Source: the human T2T-CHM13v2.0 reference genome, Homo sapiens
Assembly: GCF_009914755.1 (NCBI RefSeq)
Contig: NC_060926.1
Strand: one strand, 5' to 3'
DNA: 64,000 nucleotides
Below the pieces are notes generated by a model that was not told where the DNA came from, did no database searches, and was given only the letters and a program-made list of their open reading frames with translations. This document shows, piece after piece, positions 1-14,847 of this stretch (position 1 is the stretch's first letter; each line of letters opens with the position of its first letter). The translations under genes were made by a program, and so were the position numbers.

Positions 1-1250
<1,250 letters not shown>

Positions 1251-1789
1251 ATGAGGTATTGGTAAACTCAGTCCAACCAGAATTTTCCATTTTAGTAAAA
1301 CACATTAGAACTTGGTTTACTTGTGTTTCTCAATTGAGACTTTTCTGGGCTTTTCATAGAGAGCCTTGTGAGTCTCTGTTGCCTTAGTTCCAAAAAAATT
1401 GTGGGAGAACCAGATATACCCTCCAGAGATTCACAGCCCAGCTCTCAAGTGATCAGTCTCATAGAGATGAAAAATCTGGCAAATGTTTTGATGGAAAACA
1501 GGTTATGTGCTTGAGGCAGGGCTTCTTCTAGTAGTTTTTTTTCTTTCTTTCTTTTAATCTATCAATCTTTAACAGCATCTTGGATAGCCTATGAGTGTAT
1601 GTACTTGACAAACATTGCCTCTTTATGGTTCACAGTAGTTTCTAAAATACATTCACTTTATTGGCCATTATCCTTTGAAAGCTGATTTTGTAATCTTGAT
1701 AAAGTGGAAGTGGATTTTATAGTCTTGAGAAAGTGGAAATTAACAAGGCAGCTTCATGGATAATGTATCCTTTTCTTCTTTCTGAAAAT

Positions 1790-2273
1790 TATACATACTA
1801 TTTTATATATTTATGGGGTACATGTGATATTTTGTTGCATTCATAGAATGTGTAATGATCAAGTCAGAGTATGTGGAGTATCTGCCATCTTGAGTATTTA
1901 CCATTTTTATACGTTGGGAATATTTCAAGTTCTCTCTTGTAACTACTTTGAAATAGACAATACACTGTTGCTTACTATAGTCACCCTACCTTGCTCTCCA
2001 ATAGAACATATGCTTTCTATCTAACTGTATGTTTTTACCCATTGACCAAGCTCTCTTTATCCCCGTCTTTTACCCACACAGCCTTCCCAGCCTCTAGTAT
2101 CTATTATTCTTCTCTCTACCTTCATGGGATTAACTTTTTAAGCTCCTATACAGAATAAGAACATGCAAAATTTGTCTTTCTGTGTCTGCCTTGTTCCACT
2201 TAATGTAATGACTTCCAGTTCCATTCATGTTGCTGCAAATGACATAAAATCATTACTTTTTAATGGCTGAATA
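1790..2273 (-). mobile_element. L1MA 3' end
   Basis: TTTATGGGGTACATGTGATATTTTG...ATGTGTAATGATCAAGTCAG...TTCCATTCATGTTGCTGCAAATGAC, typical L1MA 3'UTR antisense. Confidence 0.85.
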
Positions 2274-3624
2274 GAAGGTTTTTGATATGTAATAACTTAA
2301 AGCTTCATGAGATTTTACTCTGCCATTTCCAAAGCTTCCACATCCATTTCCAGTTACCTACACTATCCCAGAACTCAGGAAATCCCTATTTTGCAAACTC
2401 ATCATTTGTTTGAGACCCCCCTCAAGCTTCTGATTGTCAGAGTAGCCCCACATAACCATTAAAAGCTTTGCTGCTTTCTCTTTTTCCAGCAGAGGTCCTC
2501 TGTGTGGGTCAAGCCAAGTCTTCAGCTTGCAGCCAAAATTGGTAATGTTGGCAGAGGGGCGGGAGGCTGGCAATCATCAATTCTCATCTTAATCATTGTC
2601 ATTGTCTCTTCTCTGAAAATTTTGTTTTTCCGCTCCTAGTCGTTTTCTTAGCTCTTTGATTCTTAAAAAAAATACAGCTTCTTCAATTTATCCATGTTTG
2701 TCCAATCATTGTAGCATTATCCAGAATATCCTTTATCAATTAAATCCTCCCAGGAAGCAGAAGGTCTTGAAACTCTTATTTTGATATTCATTTCCTGACC
2801 AACTATAGAAATCTATGTTTCTTAAGTGCTCTTTAAACCAATTCTTTTTGGGATTTTTCCCTATTCATTTCCTCATTAATGAGCTAAATAACACTCGGGC
2901 CTGTTCTAAACGTAACATTGAAAATTTTGCACGCCTCATATAAACTCCGAGAACAGGGCAAAGGGGAGCATGTTTATGACACTAATTCTTCTAGCAGTGA
3001 ACTCTTGCTGAAAAGGTCTGGAATTTACTGGCAAAACAGGGATGGTGGGAGGGCAGCAAGAGAAGAAAGGATGGGGGTGGAGCCGTGTCCAAAGGAAGAT
3101 GCTTTTCCGCTCTCTAGTTCCATGACTATGATTTTTTTTTTCAGCCAGAGTAAGTGCATCTTGTCTATAGAGGTTTACTCAGGATTGAATGAAATTTCGC
3201 CAAGATGTACTTAGAGAAGAAAACTCAGAGGCCAGAAAGAGAGATTGCTCTATACCTAAACCAAAACTACATATAGACATCTCCAAGACCTTGAGACTTG
3301 AAGGTGCTGATTAGCAGTTTTGGAATAAGTGGGTGATTATTAACTTGTTTCCACTTTTGTTCATTAAGAATTGATAAGAAAATAATAGTTGCCTTAGTGG
3401 AATTGCCTGTTATTCAAGTAACTCACGTAGAACGTTTCTGAGGATTTAAGTTCCTATGGCCAAAACTCCCCAAGGTAGTTAGTGGTTGAAGTTGGTGAAG
3501 GAGAAAAAAAAGGGGTGGAGAATCAAATGAAGAGCAGTCATTTTAAGGGACAGAAAAGAAAATGTCATCAATCTAGCTTATGTTATTGAGAAAGCTAGCA
3601 AAAGTCCTTTCCGGAAAACCCTTG

Positions 3625-4037
3625 TGAGTCTTCATTTCTTTGGGGTATTTTGAAGTAGAATGTCTAGATTAGATAACAGGTATATGTTTAACTTTTGGGG
3701 AAAATGTAAATTTGTTTCCCAAAGCAGCTGTACCATTTTACATTCCCTCCAGCAGTATTTGAGTTCCAGTTCATCCACATCCTCCCTTGCACTTGGAATG
3801 GTTCAAACTTTCCATAATAGCCATCCTAAGAGGTATATAGTGGTACCGCATTCTGGATTAATTTGCATTTCCCCAAGGACTAGTGATATTGAGCATTTTT
3901 TCGTGTGCTTATTTGCCATCCATATATATCTTCCTTGGTGAAGGATCTGTTTATATTTCTTGCCCATTTTTCAATTGGCTTATTTATTTTCTTGTATTGC
4001 TTTTTAAGAGTTCTTTACATATTCTGGATGCAAGTCC
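3625..4037 (-). mobile_element. L1M ORF2 3' fragment
   Basis: CAAAGCAGCTGTACCATTTTACATTCCC...TTAATTTGCATTTCCC...TTTGCCATCCATATATC...ATTCTGGATGCAAGTCC. Confidence 0.85.
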
Positions 4038-4295
4038 AGTGGTGTCAGCCGCCCCACTCCCCAGCACCTGGTCTGGCCCTACCTGCAGTGGGACCTCCGC
4101 GTGACCCTGGTCCCCACCTCCTCTGAGTGTCCGAGGAGACACGCGCGGGGCAGCAGGCTCCCGGCAGCTGCAGTGGGGCATCCCCGCGGGACCAGTCCTC
4201 CTGCAGCAGTGTGGGGTCCAGCCACGCCCGGTTCCAGAACCTGCCTCCGTCCTGAGCTTCACCTGCAGCAGAAATACACCATGATCTGCCCTGGG

Positions 4296-4334
4296 GAAAA
4301 CAAAACAAAACAAAACCAACCAACCAACCAACCA
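4296..4334 (+). repeat. (CAAAA)n/(CCAA)n simple repeat
   Basis: Directly visible. Confidence 0.9.
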
Positions 4335-5154
4335 CACATATAAAACTTTAATAGGAAGTGGAATAGAAGTGACTACAAAATACTACCATTCAATTTCATC
4401 ATGCAAGTACTTTAATATTTTCACTCACTGGCAAAATAAAGCACATGTAACTCTAAATGTGAAATAATTCTGAGTCTTTGACTAAGTCTTCTAAAGAAAG
4501 AATAAAATGCTGGTGAAAACGTGAAATTGTGTAGTGAGGGATTTATGACCTTGTTTATTATTTTTCTACAGATGTTAAGATGATCATGATTAATACCAAT
4601 TGAAGCATTTACAGAATGCTATTTAGGCCCAATAGTGATGTTAAATTACAGTATCAGAGAACCTGATAGATATGGGGTCTGATTATAAAGAAACTTTATT
4701 CAAAATCATCTTTGTCAAAGTTTTAACACAGAAGCAAAAGTCAAATATGTTCCTACATGAGATACAAGCTATTCTTGCTAACAGTACAAATTCTGTCCTG
4801 TAAGTATTAGTATTTTCAGGTTTTTTCTTTTCTATGAAACGGTTGAAAGGAAAACTTTAGTACGCTATAACTCATAGGCTACTTTGTGTATTTATCATTT
4901 TATAAACAAATGTCTTGACAATTAAGTTGTGTATGAAGGCCATCATCAAGTCATTAACTCTTATATCAAAACCTATTATTATTCACTGATTTAGATAATT
5001 CAATTTATGTGTGCGTTACCAGGTTGCAGTCAGCCAACAGACACAGAACAGGTTAATAGAAATATATATATTTTTCTTATCAGGTTTTCTTTTATTGGAA
5101 CAGGTTGCATATATATACACACATATACACATATATGTGCATATATGTATGTAT

Positions 5155-5365
5155 ATTTCCATTGATATAATATTCTAGAAAATGCAGACTAATCACTAGT
5201 AACAGAAAAGCAGATCAGTCATGGCCTGGGGAGGGGCAAGAGTGACGAATTACAAAGGGGCGTGAGAAAAATTTTAGGATGGTGGACATATTCACTATTT
5301 TGGTGGTGGTGATGGTTTCATGGGCTTATACATATGACAATACTTAACAGATACGCCACTTCACA
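5155..5365 (+). mobile_element. L1ME 3' end fragment
   Basis: TTCTAGAAAATGCAGACTAATC...AGCAGATCAGT...GGTGATGGTTTCATGGG. Confidence 0.7.
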
Positions 5366-6014
5366 GCTGTTTCCTAAGAGTTTAACCTTTCAGCTTTAGG
5401 CCCCTCCCCCAACACGGTGTCCTTTCTCATTGCCACATCATAAACCAGTCTTTCCCCTGAGTCACACACATGCAATCCTTGCACAGCAAGTCATGATGGT
5501 GCCCTGTGTGTATGTGATAGTGATGGGAAAAGGATAAAACAAAACACTCAACTTGTGTTATGGCAAAAAGAGATTGCAGTGATGATAAAGAATGCAGGAA
5601 AGGAAGCCAATTTATCTGTTAGGAAAAAACTTCCACTTGCTTATAAATTCTGTTTCCTCTGATGAAGTTTCATTATAAAGTGTTTTCTTTTTCTTTAAAA
5701 ACAAGAAGATGAGAGGACATTGATTACTTAAAAATTTTTACATTAAAGAATACTGGAAAATTTCAGAGAATAAATGTAATGTATAAGGCCCATATAAGGC
5801 CTTAGGTTGAAAACAACATGCACCCATGAACTTGCTAAGTAATTTGAGAAATAGAACATAATTGGCATCTTTGAAGTTTTCTGTATACCTCTCTTTCTAC
5901 CTCCCTGCTTCCCCCCAGAAATAGCTGCTCTTCTGAACGTCAGTGTTTCTGTAGTGTTAGCATTTATGTTTGCATATAAAAAATACATTATTTTACTTCA
6001 TTTAAAGATTTTTA

Positions 6015-6376
<362 letters not shown>

Positions 6377-7307
6377 TCAATATATGTAGCACAACTTAGT
6401 TTTCACACTGTGTCCTATTCAGCGTGTAAATATACTGTAATTGACGCATTCATTTTCCACTCAATGAATTTGGGGACTTTTACAGGATTTTTTGCTATTA
6501 TGAAAAATGTTTCTCTGAGTGTTCCTCTACTCGCCTCATAGGGTGTGTACTCATGATATTCTTTAGACAAAGTTTAAGCTGAACCTTCAGATAGGCACGT
6601 GTTCAAACTGTTTTCCAAAGTGGTTGCAGTGATTTATATCACATCAAACAGAGTTTCTACTTGTTGCCAACATCTGGTTTGTTAGACTCTGAAAGTTGTT
6701 TGCCTACCTCGGAAATGTGAAATAGTTTCTCATTTGTGTTTCTAATTTCCTTGGGTTTTTAAGTTAGGTATCTTTTCATTTAGTTTATTGGCCTTTCAGG
6801 TTTTCTATTCTGTAAAATGCCTGTTTTTGTCTTTTTTTGCCTATTTAATATTTTTTTTTCTCTTCCTAACTGATTCTAGGCATTCTACATGTTTGTGTTA
6901 CTAACTCTTTATAAGTTATTTGTGTTATAAATGTCTTCCTCTTCTGGCTTGTCTTTTATTTTTTTAAATGATGTCTTTTGGTGAGTGGAAGTTTTTAATA
7001 ATAATGTAGGCAAATATATTAATCTTTATATATTTTAAAGCCTTTGAGTCTTTTTAAAACTTTTAATTTTACCATCCTGACATTCTCTTAGATAAATATA
7101 TTCTTTTGTATTTTATTCTTAAAGATGGGAGATTTTGCCTTAGTATGAGATTCATCTGAAGTGGATCTTTTTTTTTTTTTTTTCTGCATGGGATGAAATA
7201 AGGAACCAATTCTGTTTCCTCAGCATATGCTTTGCCTGTTGTCCCAGAAGCTGTTATTGAACAACGTGCATTGCCACCTCTGTCATGTACTAACTTTCCA
7301 TAAGTAT

Positions 7308-7665
7308 TTGTCAGGATAGGAAATATTACAATGAAGTTGCAAAGCTTGAAATCTCAGTGACTTAGCACAACAAAAGTTTACGTCTCACAGTTGTTAAGTC
7401 TAAAGTTGGTCATTGGCTCTTTTTCGTGGTTCTTTTAGAATGGTGACTTTATCGGGGATCGGGGCTGCTTCCTTCCTGCAACCCTACAAGCTAGGAATTA
7501 TTTTCTTTCATAGCTTCACATATAAGAGAAAGATAGGGATGATGGAAACTCACATGAGCTCTTAACTGCCCTGGACTAGTGGCTTGGTCCCAACCATAAA
7601 CAAGGGAGGGTGTCAAATTTGGGGAGCATATATACATATTTAATGAACATTAATTGTCTGTACCA
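7308..7665 (-). mobile_element. Old MLT1 (MaLR) LTR
   Basis: AAATCTCAGTGACTTAGCACAACAAAAGTTTA, characteristic of antisense MLT1J-L. Confidence 0.6.
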
Positions 7666-7799
7666 TATCATCTAAGTGTGGACCTCTTTCTGTTTCCTCT
7701 ATTCTGTTCCTGGTCTATTTGTATATCCTTGCAATAATCTCTTAATTGCTAAAGCTTTGTAATAAGTTTTGATATCTGCTTGTACAAGTCCCTCATCTA

Positions 7800-8795
7800 G
7801 AAATATTGATGAAAGAAAAAAGACTATAAAATATTAGGAATGAACAGGGATGTATAACTATGGACATGGCAATATTTAAAGATAAGAGAATACCAAGAGT
7901 GACTTTAAGCCAAAACATTTGAAATTTTAGATAAAAAAACAAATTCCAAGAAAAACATAATGTATCAAAATTGACTAAAGAAAAAATAAAAAAATCTGAA
8001 TAGTCTCATATAATATTAAATATTTGATTCATATTATAACTATCCTACAAAGAATAGTTTGTATAAAGAAAATAGTATAGTTTCTACAAAGAAAATGTTT
8101 TACCTAAATGATATTTGAGTGAGTTCTACCAAATATTCAAGCAATAGATAATGTCAATCTTATACAAAATTTTTAGAGGATAAAAATTAAAAGAAACACA
8201 TTCTAATATATTATATGAAGCTGGAATACCATTGACACCAAAACTAGAAAATCCCAGTATAAGAAAATAAAATCATATTTCAACTTAGAGGTACAAATCT
8301 TAAAATGAAATAAAATTATCAGTGTATAACCCGTGGAGATTTTAAAAAGATGAGAATCCATGACCGTGTTACGATTATACCAGAAATATAAAGATGGCTT
8401 AATCTCAGGCAATCTATTAATATTATATATCATATATAGAGTAAGGGAAAAACTGTTATTAATAGATGCAAAAATAGTTTTTCATAATATCCAATATCTA
8501 TTCTTGATACTCTCTTGGGAAACCAGGAAGAGAGGAGGTCATTCTTAACCTGATAAATGATGTCTACTAAAAACCTAGAAGTAAATCTTGTACTCTATAA
8601 AACACTGGTTCTCTTTAAATCAGGAGCAATACAAGAATTACTATTATGAATTAGTTTATTTAATGTTTTGCTGGAGTTGCTGGCCAATGCAGCAAGATAA
8701 GAAAATAACAAAAGTAAAAAGCACTGTAATAAAATGAACAGAGCTATTATTATTTGAAGATAATATGACCTGTCCACATGGTAAACCAACAAAAA
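7800..8795 (+). mobile_element. L1M ORF2 (RT region) fossil
   Basis: TTCTACCAAATATTCAAG, ATAGATGCAAAAATAG and TTATTTGAAGATAATATGA (degenerate LFADDM). Confidence 0.8.
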
Positions 8796-9564
8796 ATGCT
8801 TGCTTTTTACTGTTGAGAAGCTGGGTCATATTCGACAGTCAAGAATTCTGGAATAAGTTGTGTTTCATCAAATCCCTATTTAATTGCATAGTACACTGCA
8901 GTGAAAGTATGATTATGAAAGCCATATAATAGCATAAAAACTATTTGTTAAGTCAAAAGAGATTACAAAGATGTATGTACATAGGAAAAAAAAGAGTAGG
9001 TGGGAATGTTGCTTAATGCTAAAGGGGGTTAGGTGGCAAGATCATGAATTAATTTTCCATCTATTCTTTATGTCCCATATCTTCTGTGCTGTGGCTATAT
9101 TGTTTACAACAAAAGTATTTTTAAAATTTGTACTAATGAGAACCTTTGGAATCTTCCTGCAGATTTAGTGATGCTTGTTGATTTGTATCAGAGAGCTGTT
9201 GAAGACAATACAGTTTCACCTAACGTTTAACTGCACAATAAGTCAGATGCATTTATTGGGTTGTGACTCATACTTAGAACCTGACATATAATGAATACCA
9301 GTAAGACATCATCTTACCTTATTAAACACAATAACTTCCTTATTCACTAAAATAACTAAAAAAGGCACCGCGCCCAAAGTTCACAGAAATATACATCGAG
9401 GCATTGTGATAGAGTAAAAGAGAAGAAAAAGGAGTTAAACAAAGTCTGTAGATCCAAATCCTAGTCTTGGTTTTCCCATAGTAGGCTTGGTTTCCTATTT
9501 CAAAATGTGAATAGTGAGAAACTGCCCTGTTTATAACATTGATTTGTCATGAGGGCAAAACAAA

Positions 9565-11015
9565 GAACCCAAAATTAGAGGGCCTAGAAGAGATGGTAGA
9601 AGCAGTTTCCATTGGATGTTCGTACCCATCCAGTGGCCTTTGTTTGAGTTCTTCCAGGGATGGGGCAAACACTGTCTCTGCATTGCTGAGTGCTTAATCT
9701 ATTGTTATGAAGATCTTTTTCACATTGGCCTCCTGGACGTCTATCCCATGGCCTTCGTTCCATCTCTGGGTTAGGGTACCATGGCTCCTAGCATGGTCTG
9801 GTGGCTACCAGGTGTACAGATATCAATCCTCTTAGTCTAAGGGCCTGTGGGAGAGCCTAGCTGGTCTTCTTCGGCCATGAACAGCCTTTGTTATTGTTTT
9901 CTCTGCATGCCATGACAAGAGCGTGTCTGAGGGCATTCTCCAGTGATGACCTCCTTTGTATCAGAAGGTACACTTCCACCAGGGCAACTACAGCCTCCTA
10001 CCACACATCATTCACTGTGGACGTCTTAGTCAGTCAAGACTCTGGCATTTGTTTGGTTTTGTTTTCCACCAGTGCTTTGCTTTTTCATATGCCCTGTCCT
10101 GTACTTAACAATATGAGGTTAGGGAACTAAGAATGGGATTTTAGATTTGTCTGTGTTAAGTCTCACTATGTTAGATTTGGCCTATGGTTCTATCTTAATG
10201 GCGTCTTTTGGGACCCTGATTTGCTCTCTCAGTGAATTCACAGTTCATTTTAACTCCAGGACTCCCAGAATGTGGTAAGCTTGCCTGCTCTGCCCTTCTG
10301 CTCTAGAAACCTGTTCTGCACCTCCCAGCTCCCTCCCCAACCCCTGGCTTGGCCTCGAGGCATTCTCCTTTCCTGCATTCAAGGCCTCCAGGAATATTAC
10401 CACACACCATCTGCACATCGTCGGGTTCTTTTGGCCAATGCCAATTTGATAAATTTTTTTGGCTTCAGTGTCCAGTTCTGCTTTCTAAACTTGTATTTGC
10501 TTCCTTTGGAAAATGTATTCCTTCTTTCTACCCTCCCTCCTTTCCTGCATTCCTCTGCTCTGTACTCTCCACAATTGAAGAGTGCCATGACCATGTCCAT
10601 GCCCAGCCTGGCTGCCTCTTTTCTGGGAGGAGAGGTCAGCTCCACACCTGAGAGCCAGGATGGAACCAAATACCTGGAACTGAGCCTGAGGCTTTCCAGT
10701 AGAGCATACTCTTCTAATTGACTCATTTACCATTGAGTATGGGTGTTTATACATGTATCCAACTCTACTAACCATATTCTTTGTTTTGCTCACAAGACAG
10801 ATGTTTGCAGATACTTACATGAAATTCTGATTCACTAAGTTCACAGCATTTAACTGTGGTAATCTCACCATCTAACAACCTCATCAAACAAAAGATTGCA
10901 TGAGCTTCACCAGACCTGGCCTGTTTTTAGTCATTTCATGCTTTCTCTTGGTGATCGTGGCTTCCTTAAGTGCTGAAAGACTATCCCTGTAATCATTCAT
11001 CTAGAATCTTTCCCA
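9565..11015 (-). mobile_element. CR1/L3 LINE fossil (RT domain to 3' end) with a ~350-bp interruption
   Basis: Minus-strand translations FDEVVRW (10888-10868), NAVNLVNQNF (10850-10821), STGKPQ and VNSLREQIRVPKDAIKIEP*AKSNIVRLNTDKSKIP (10241-10134) are colinear with CR1 RT motifs FDRVTRLVD / AVDIVYLDF / SSGVPQG / NTLEDRIRIQKDLDRLEHWAETNKMKFNRDKCKVL (motifs recalled). Confidence 0.8.
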
Positions 11016-11319
11016 TTCCTTCATCTGTGCTTGCAAAATCCCTTAAACTCAGTAATGGGTGTGGAAGCTGTCTGTCTGGAGGTATGAAGAATTAAGGGAT
11101 GGCATTCTCCCCGGAGGTTTGATAGAAAGCTGGACACAGTGCGGTCTGGAAGAGTCATGGGGATGATACGAATTGTTCATGTATCATTGCCTGGAATAGG
11201 AGTATGATAAGCAGCCAGGCACTCAAGTCAGATCCTTAGGGCCTGACCACAAAGGTTACCAGTGGCCATCGGGGATGGCATGGTTAATTCTCTAGTGTAA
11301 AGAGACAAAGGTTAAACTA

Positions 11320-11690
11320 ACAGAATGTGTCACACTGGAAAGCATTTTGGAGATCAGGTCAATTAGCACTCCCTGTGTTACTGTCCACACAAGTCACCCA
11401 GAAAGCTTAGTCAAATATAGATTTGAATTCAGTGGTTCTGGGGTGGGCCCTAATGTTCTGCATTTCCATCGTGCTCCTTGGTGATGCTCTTGGCTTATGG
11501 GCCACACTTTGTGTCCCAAGAGTTTAGACTATACTGTTTTGTTTTGTTTTTTCAGATGTAGAAACTGAGATCCAGTGAGATGAAGTGATTTTCCCAAAGA
11601 TACATAGATGAAGTTGAAGCTTAGCTCTTTAACCCAGGTCTGCTGGCGTCCAGGTTGGTGTCTCTCTAATTATAGAATTGCTGGACTTAG
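11320..11690 (-). mobile_element. MIR with nested MER5A fragment (~11395-11525)
   Basis: MIR core TTTCAGATGTAGAAACTGAGA...AAGTGATTTTCCCAAAG; MER5 core TCTGGGGTGGGCCC...TCTGCATTTCC...GGTGATGC...GGGCCACACTTTG. Confidence 0.7.
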
Positions 11691-12726
11691 GAAAGCAGAA
11701 GTCTCCTGCCCTCTCTTAATGACCCATAGCATGTTGAGGGGGAGCCAAGGTTAGATTCTAGGGTTGCACATACTTGCACAAACATGCACACACATACACA
11801 CATGCTCATGCACACACATGCACACACATACTGTACGTGCTTCTTCCTATTCTCCTTTTTCAATTGGGAGGTATAAGAAACACATGGATTACAGCCACAT
11901 TAAAGATATTCATAAATGCAAATCAATTCTGAATGTGTAAACTTTTCCATAAGAATATTCTGGGAAAATACTTGAGTTATTTCTGACCTTTTATGTATAA
12001 ACACAGACATTCTGGAGTTTGTCAAAGACCATGTTACTGATAAAATTGTGTTAGAATGACGTCTTCTGATAGTTTAAATGTTAAAAGCTCTGGGCTCGGC
12101 TCAGGGAATTCTATACTTTAGCATTCATAAAGGACCCTAGAGTTTGAGAGATTATCCATTAACTTCTGATATTGAATTTTTGTTGCCAACTATGACTATT
12201 TGTTTTCCCTGAACTCTGTAGGGGAACAACACAGCTGACAAAACCCAGGCAAAAGCGTGTGTGTGGGTGCGTGTGGGTGCATGTGTGTGGCGTGTGTGTT
12301 CACACAGGTTAACTAAACAGTGCAGATTCCTCCAATTTTTCTCCTTTTTGAGAAGTAGGAAGGAGCAAGAGAGAAGAAATCATCTGGAGTGGAAAAGAGG
12401 GCTGGAAAAGTCCTTGAACTAATAATCTGCCAATTAATCCAGCTGCTTGGAAATAGCCTGGAATTGGAAGGTCTTTTGGGTGCTCTCTGGAAAGGGTACC
12501 AGGAAGTATGAGACAATGGCTGCTAGGAACTTGCACTGTTCCTGAGTAGATAAGACCTGTTGTCAAGTAAATTGCGGTGGATCCCTGGTAACACTTGAAG
12601 AGCAATGCAAGCCTGGGCTCCACCTGGGCTCTACCCCTGCCTGACTAAGGGAGCTTGGGGAAAGTATTTACATAATCTCAATCAGTTTTCTCACCTGTAA
12701 AATGGGCCTAAAGAATTTAAATTTCC

Positions 12727-13471
12727 ATGCAAGTCAAAACCATAATGAGATATCATCTCACACCAGTCAAAATGGCTATTACTAAAAAGTCAAAAAATAA
12801 GAGATGCCAACAAGGTTGCAGTGAAAAGGGAATGCTTATATTCTGCTTGTGGGAATGTAAATTAGTTCAGCCACTATGAAAAGCAGTTTGGTGATTGCTC
12901 AAAGAACTTAAAACACAACTACCATTTGACTCAGCCATCCCATTGTTGGGTATATTCCCACAGGAATATTAATCATTCTACCATAAGACATGATGTTCAT
13001 TACATCGCTATTCTCAATAGCAAAGACATGGAATCAACCTAAATGTTCATCAGTGGTAGACTGGATAAAGAAAATGTGGTACATGTACACCGCGGAATAT
13101 TATGCAGCCATGAAAAAGAACAAGATCATGTCTTTTGCAGCAACATGGATACAACTGGAGGCCATTCTTCTGAGAACTAACACAGAAACAGAAAATCAAA
13201 TACTGCATGGTCTCACTTATAAGTGAGAATTAAACACTGAGTTCATACGGACACAAAGAAAGGAAAAACAGACACCAGGACCTACTTGAGGATGGAGTGT
13301 GGGAGGAGGGTGAGGATTGAAACTACCTATAGGGTACCATACTTATTACCTAGGTTACAAAAAAATCTGTAGACCAAGCCGCCTGAATACACAATTTGCC
13401 TATATAACAGACCTGCACAAGTACCCCTGAAACTAAAATAAAATTAAAAATAAATAAGTAAATGAATATAT
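12727..13471 (+). mobile_element. 5'-truncated older L1PA (PA13-16-like) inserted into a MIR
   Basis: L1 ORF2 end plus 3'UTR; 13-bp TSD AATTTAAATTTCC at 12714-12726 and 13472-13484; MIR halves on both sides. Confidence 0.92.
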
Positions 13472-14004
13472 AATTTAAATTTCCTTGAAGAATGCCTGGC
13501 ACCTGTAAGTGCTCACTTCTGCTATCTCCGTTATCATCACAGAGAGAAGGCACAGGTTCAGAGTCGGGAAAATCACCCCAGGATGCTTGAGTGGGGTCTG
13601 CTTGAGCAAATGGCGGTGAAAACTGGAAAGAAGGGGAAGGAGCAAAGAGGAGGTGGGCTGTGTCGTGCTGAGTGGTGTCAATTGGCTAGGGTAAGGAGTG
13701 GCAGTGGCAGAATTGAGGCTGCAGAGCATTGAAGCAGAGGTTTGAGCAGTGCCTCTTAGGGTCAGCAGGCGGCCCATCCAGGTGAGCACAAAGCGCTCTT
13801 GGAAAGGGTAGCGGGAACAATGACAGGAAAGTGTGTGAGACCAGATGTCTGAAGACCTTGAATGCTAGAATTGGAGGCTTGACTCTTCCTCCCTACGATG
13901 CAGATTTTTGAGTAGCGTTGTGATAGGCTGGACTCTGTATCATGTTGAGAATGTTCATCGGAGTGCAGAGCACAGGAGGAGCTATGAGAGAAATAAAAGA
14001 GGCA

Positions 14005-14304
14005 GGCCAGGTGCGGTGGCTCATGCCTGTAACCCCAGCACTTTGGGAGGCCAAGGGGGTGGATCATCTGAGTTCAGGAGTTTGAGACCAGCCTGACCAT
14101 CATGGTGAAACCCCATCTCTACTAAAATTACAAAAATTAGCCAGACATGGTGGCGGGCATCTATAATCCCAGCTACTCGGGCTGAGGCACGAGAATCACT
14201 TGAACCTGGGAAGCAGGGGTTGCTGTGAGCCGAGATTGTGACATTGCACTCCAGCCTGGGAGACAGAGCAAGACTGTCTCAGAAAAAAAAAAAAAAAAAA
14301 AAAA
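14005..14304 (+). mobile_element. AluS SINE
   Basis: Full dimer, poly-A, TSD-like AAAAGAGG. Confidence 0.95.
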
Positions 14305-14847
14305 GAGGAGGCTTGGCAGCACCAGCTCTCCTAGGTGGATCTGGCTGCATTTGTGGAAGCCAGAGGCTCCAGCTTTCATCTCCCTGAGCTGAGGGGTGAT
14401 CAGTGGCCATCCCACCTCCAGGGTGTGGTGAAGGGAGACTTCCAGAGTTCTCAGGGCACATGGCAGGAGTGGTGGCCACCATGAGAAGTGGGCCAGCATC
14501 TGGGACACGAGCAGACCTGAATAAAGAGTCCTGCAGCATTGCCTGGGCTGACTCTAGGGAGATTGCTCTAAGGATTGGGAGGTAGGCAGAGAGGGAAAGC
14601 TTAGGCCACCACAGGCCTGAGACTGACCAGTCAAGACTCTGATGATGGGAACATGATAATGAGCTGGATTCAGCCAGCAGGCTTGTCCAGGTTCAACACA
14701 AAGTCATGAGAGGAAAGCACCAGCTTCGGGAAACTTTAGAGGTTACCGTGCAGTGGCGGGTGTTGGTGTTTCTTAAGGGTCTGGCACGTTTGCTGAGTGA
14801 TTCTGGCTGTCTGCCTGGCTCTGAGCTTCCTGTTCATAGTTCCCCAG

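Noticed and set aside
10272-10793. Cluster of 100-149 aa ORFs on both strands
   Set aside because: They lie in a decayed CR1 element and its insert; no coherent protein similarity or splice structure.
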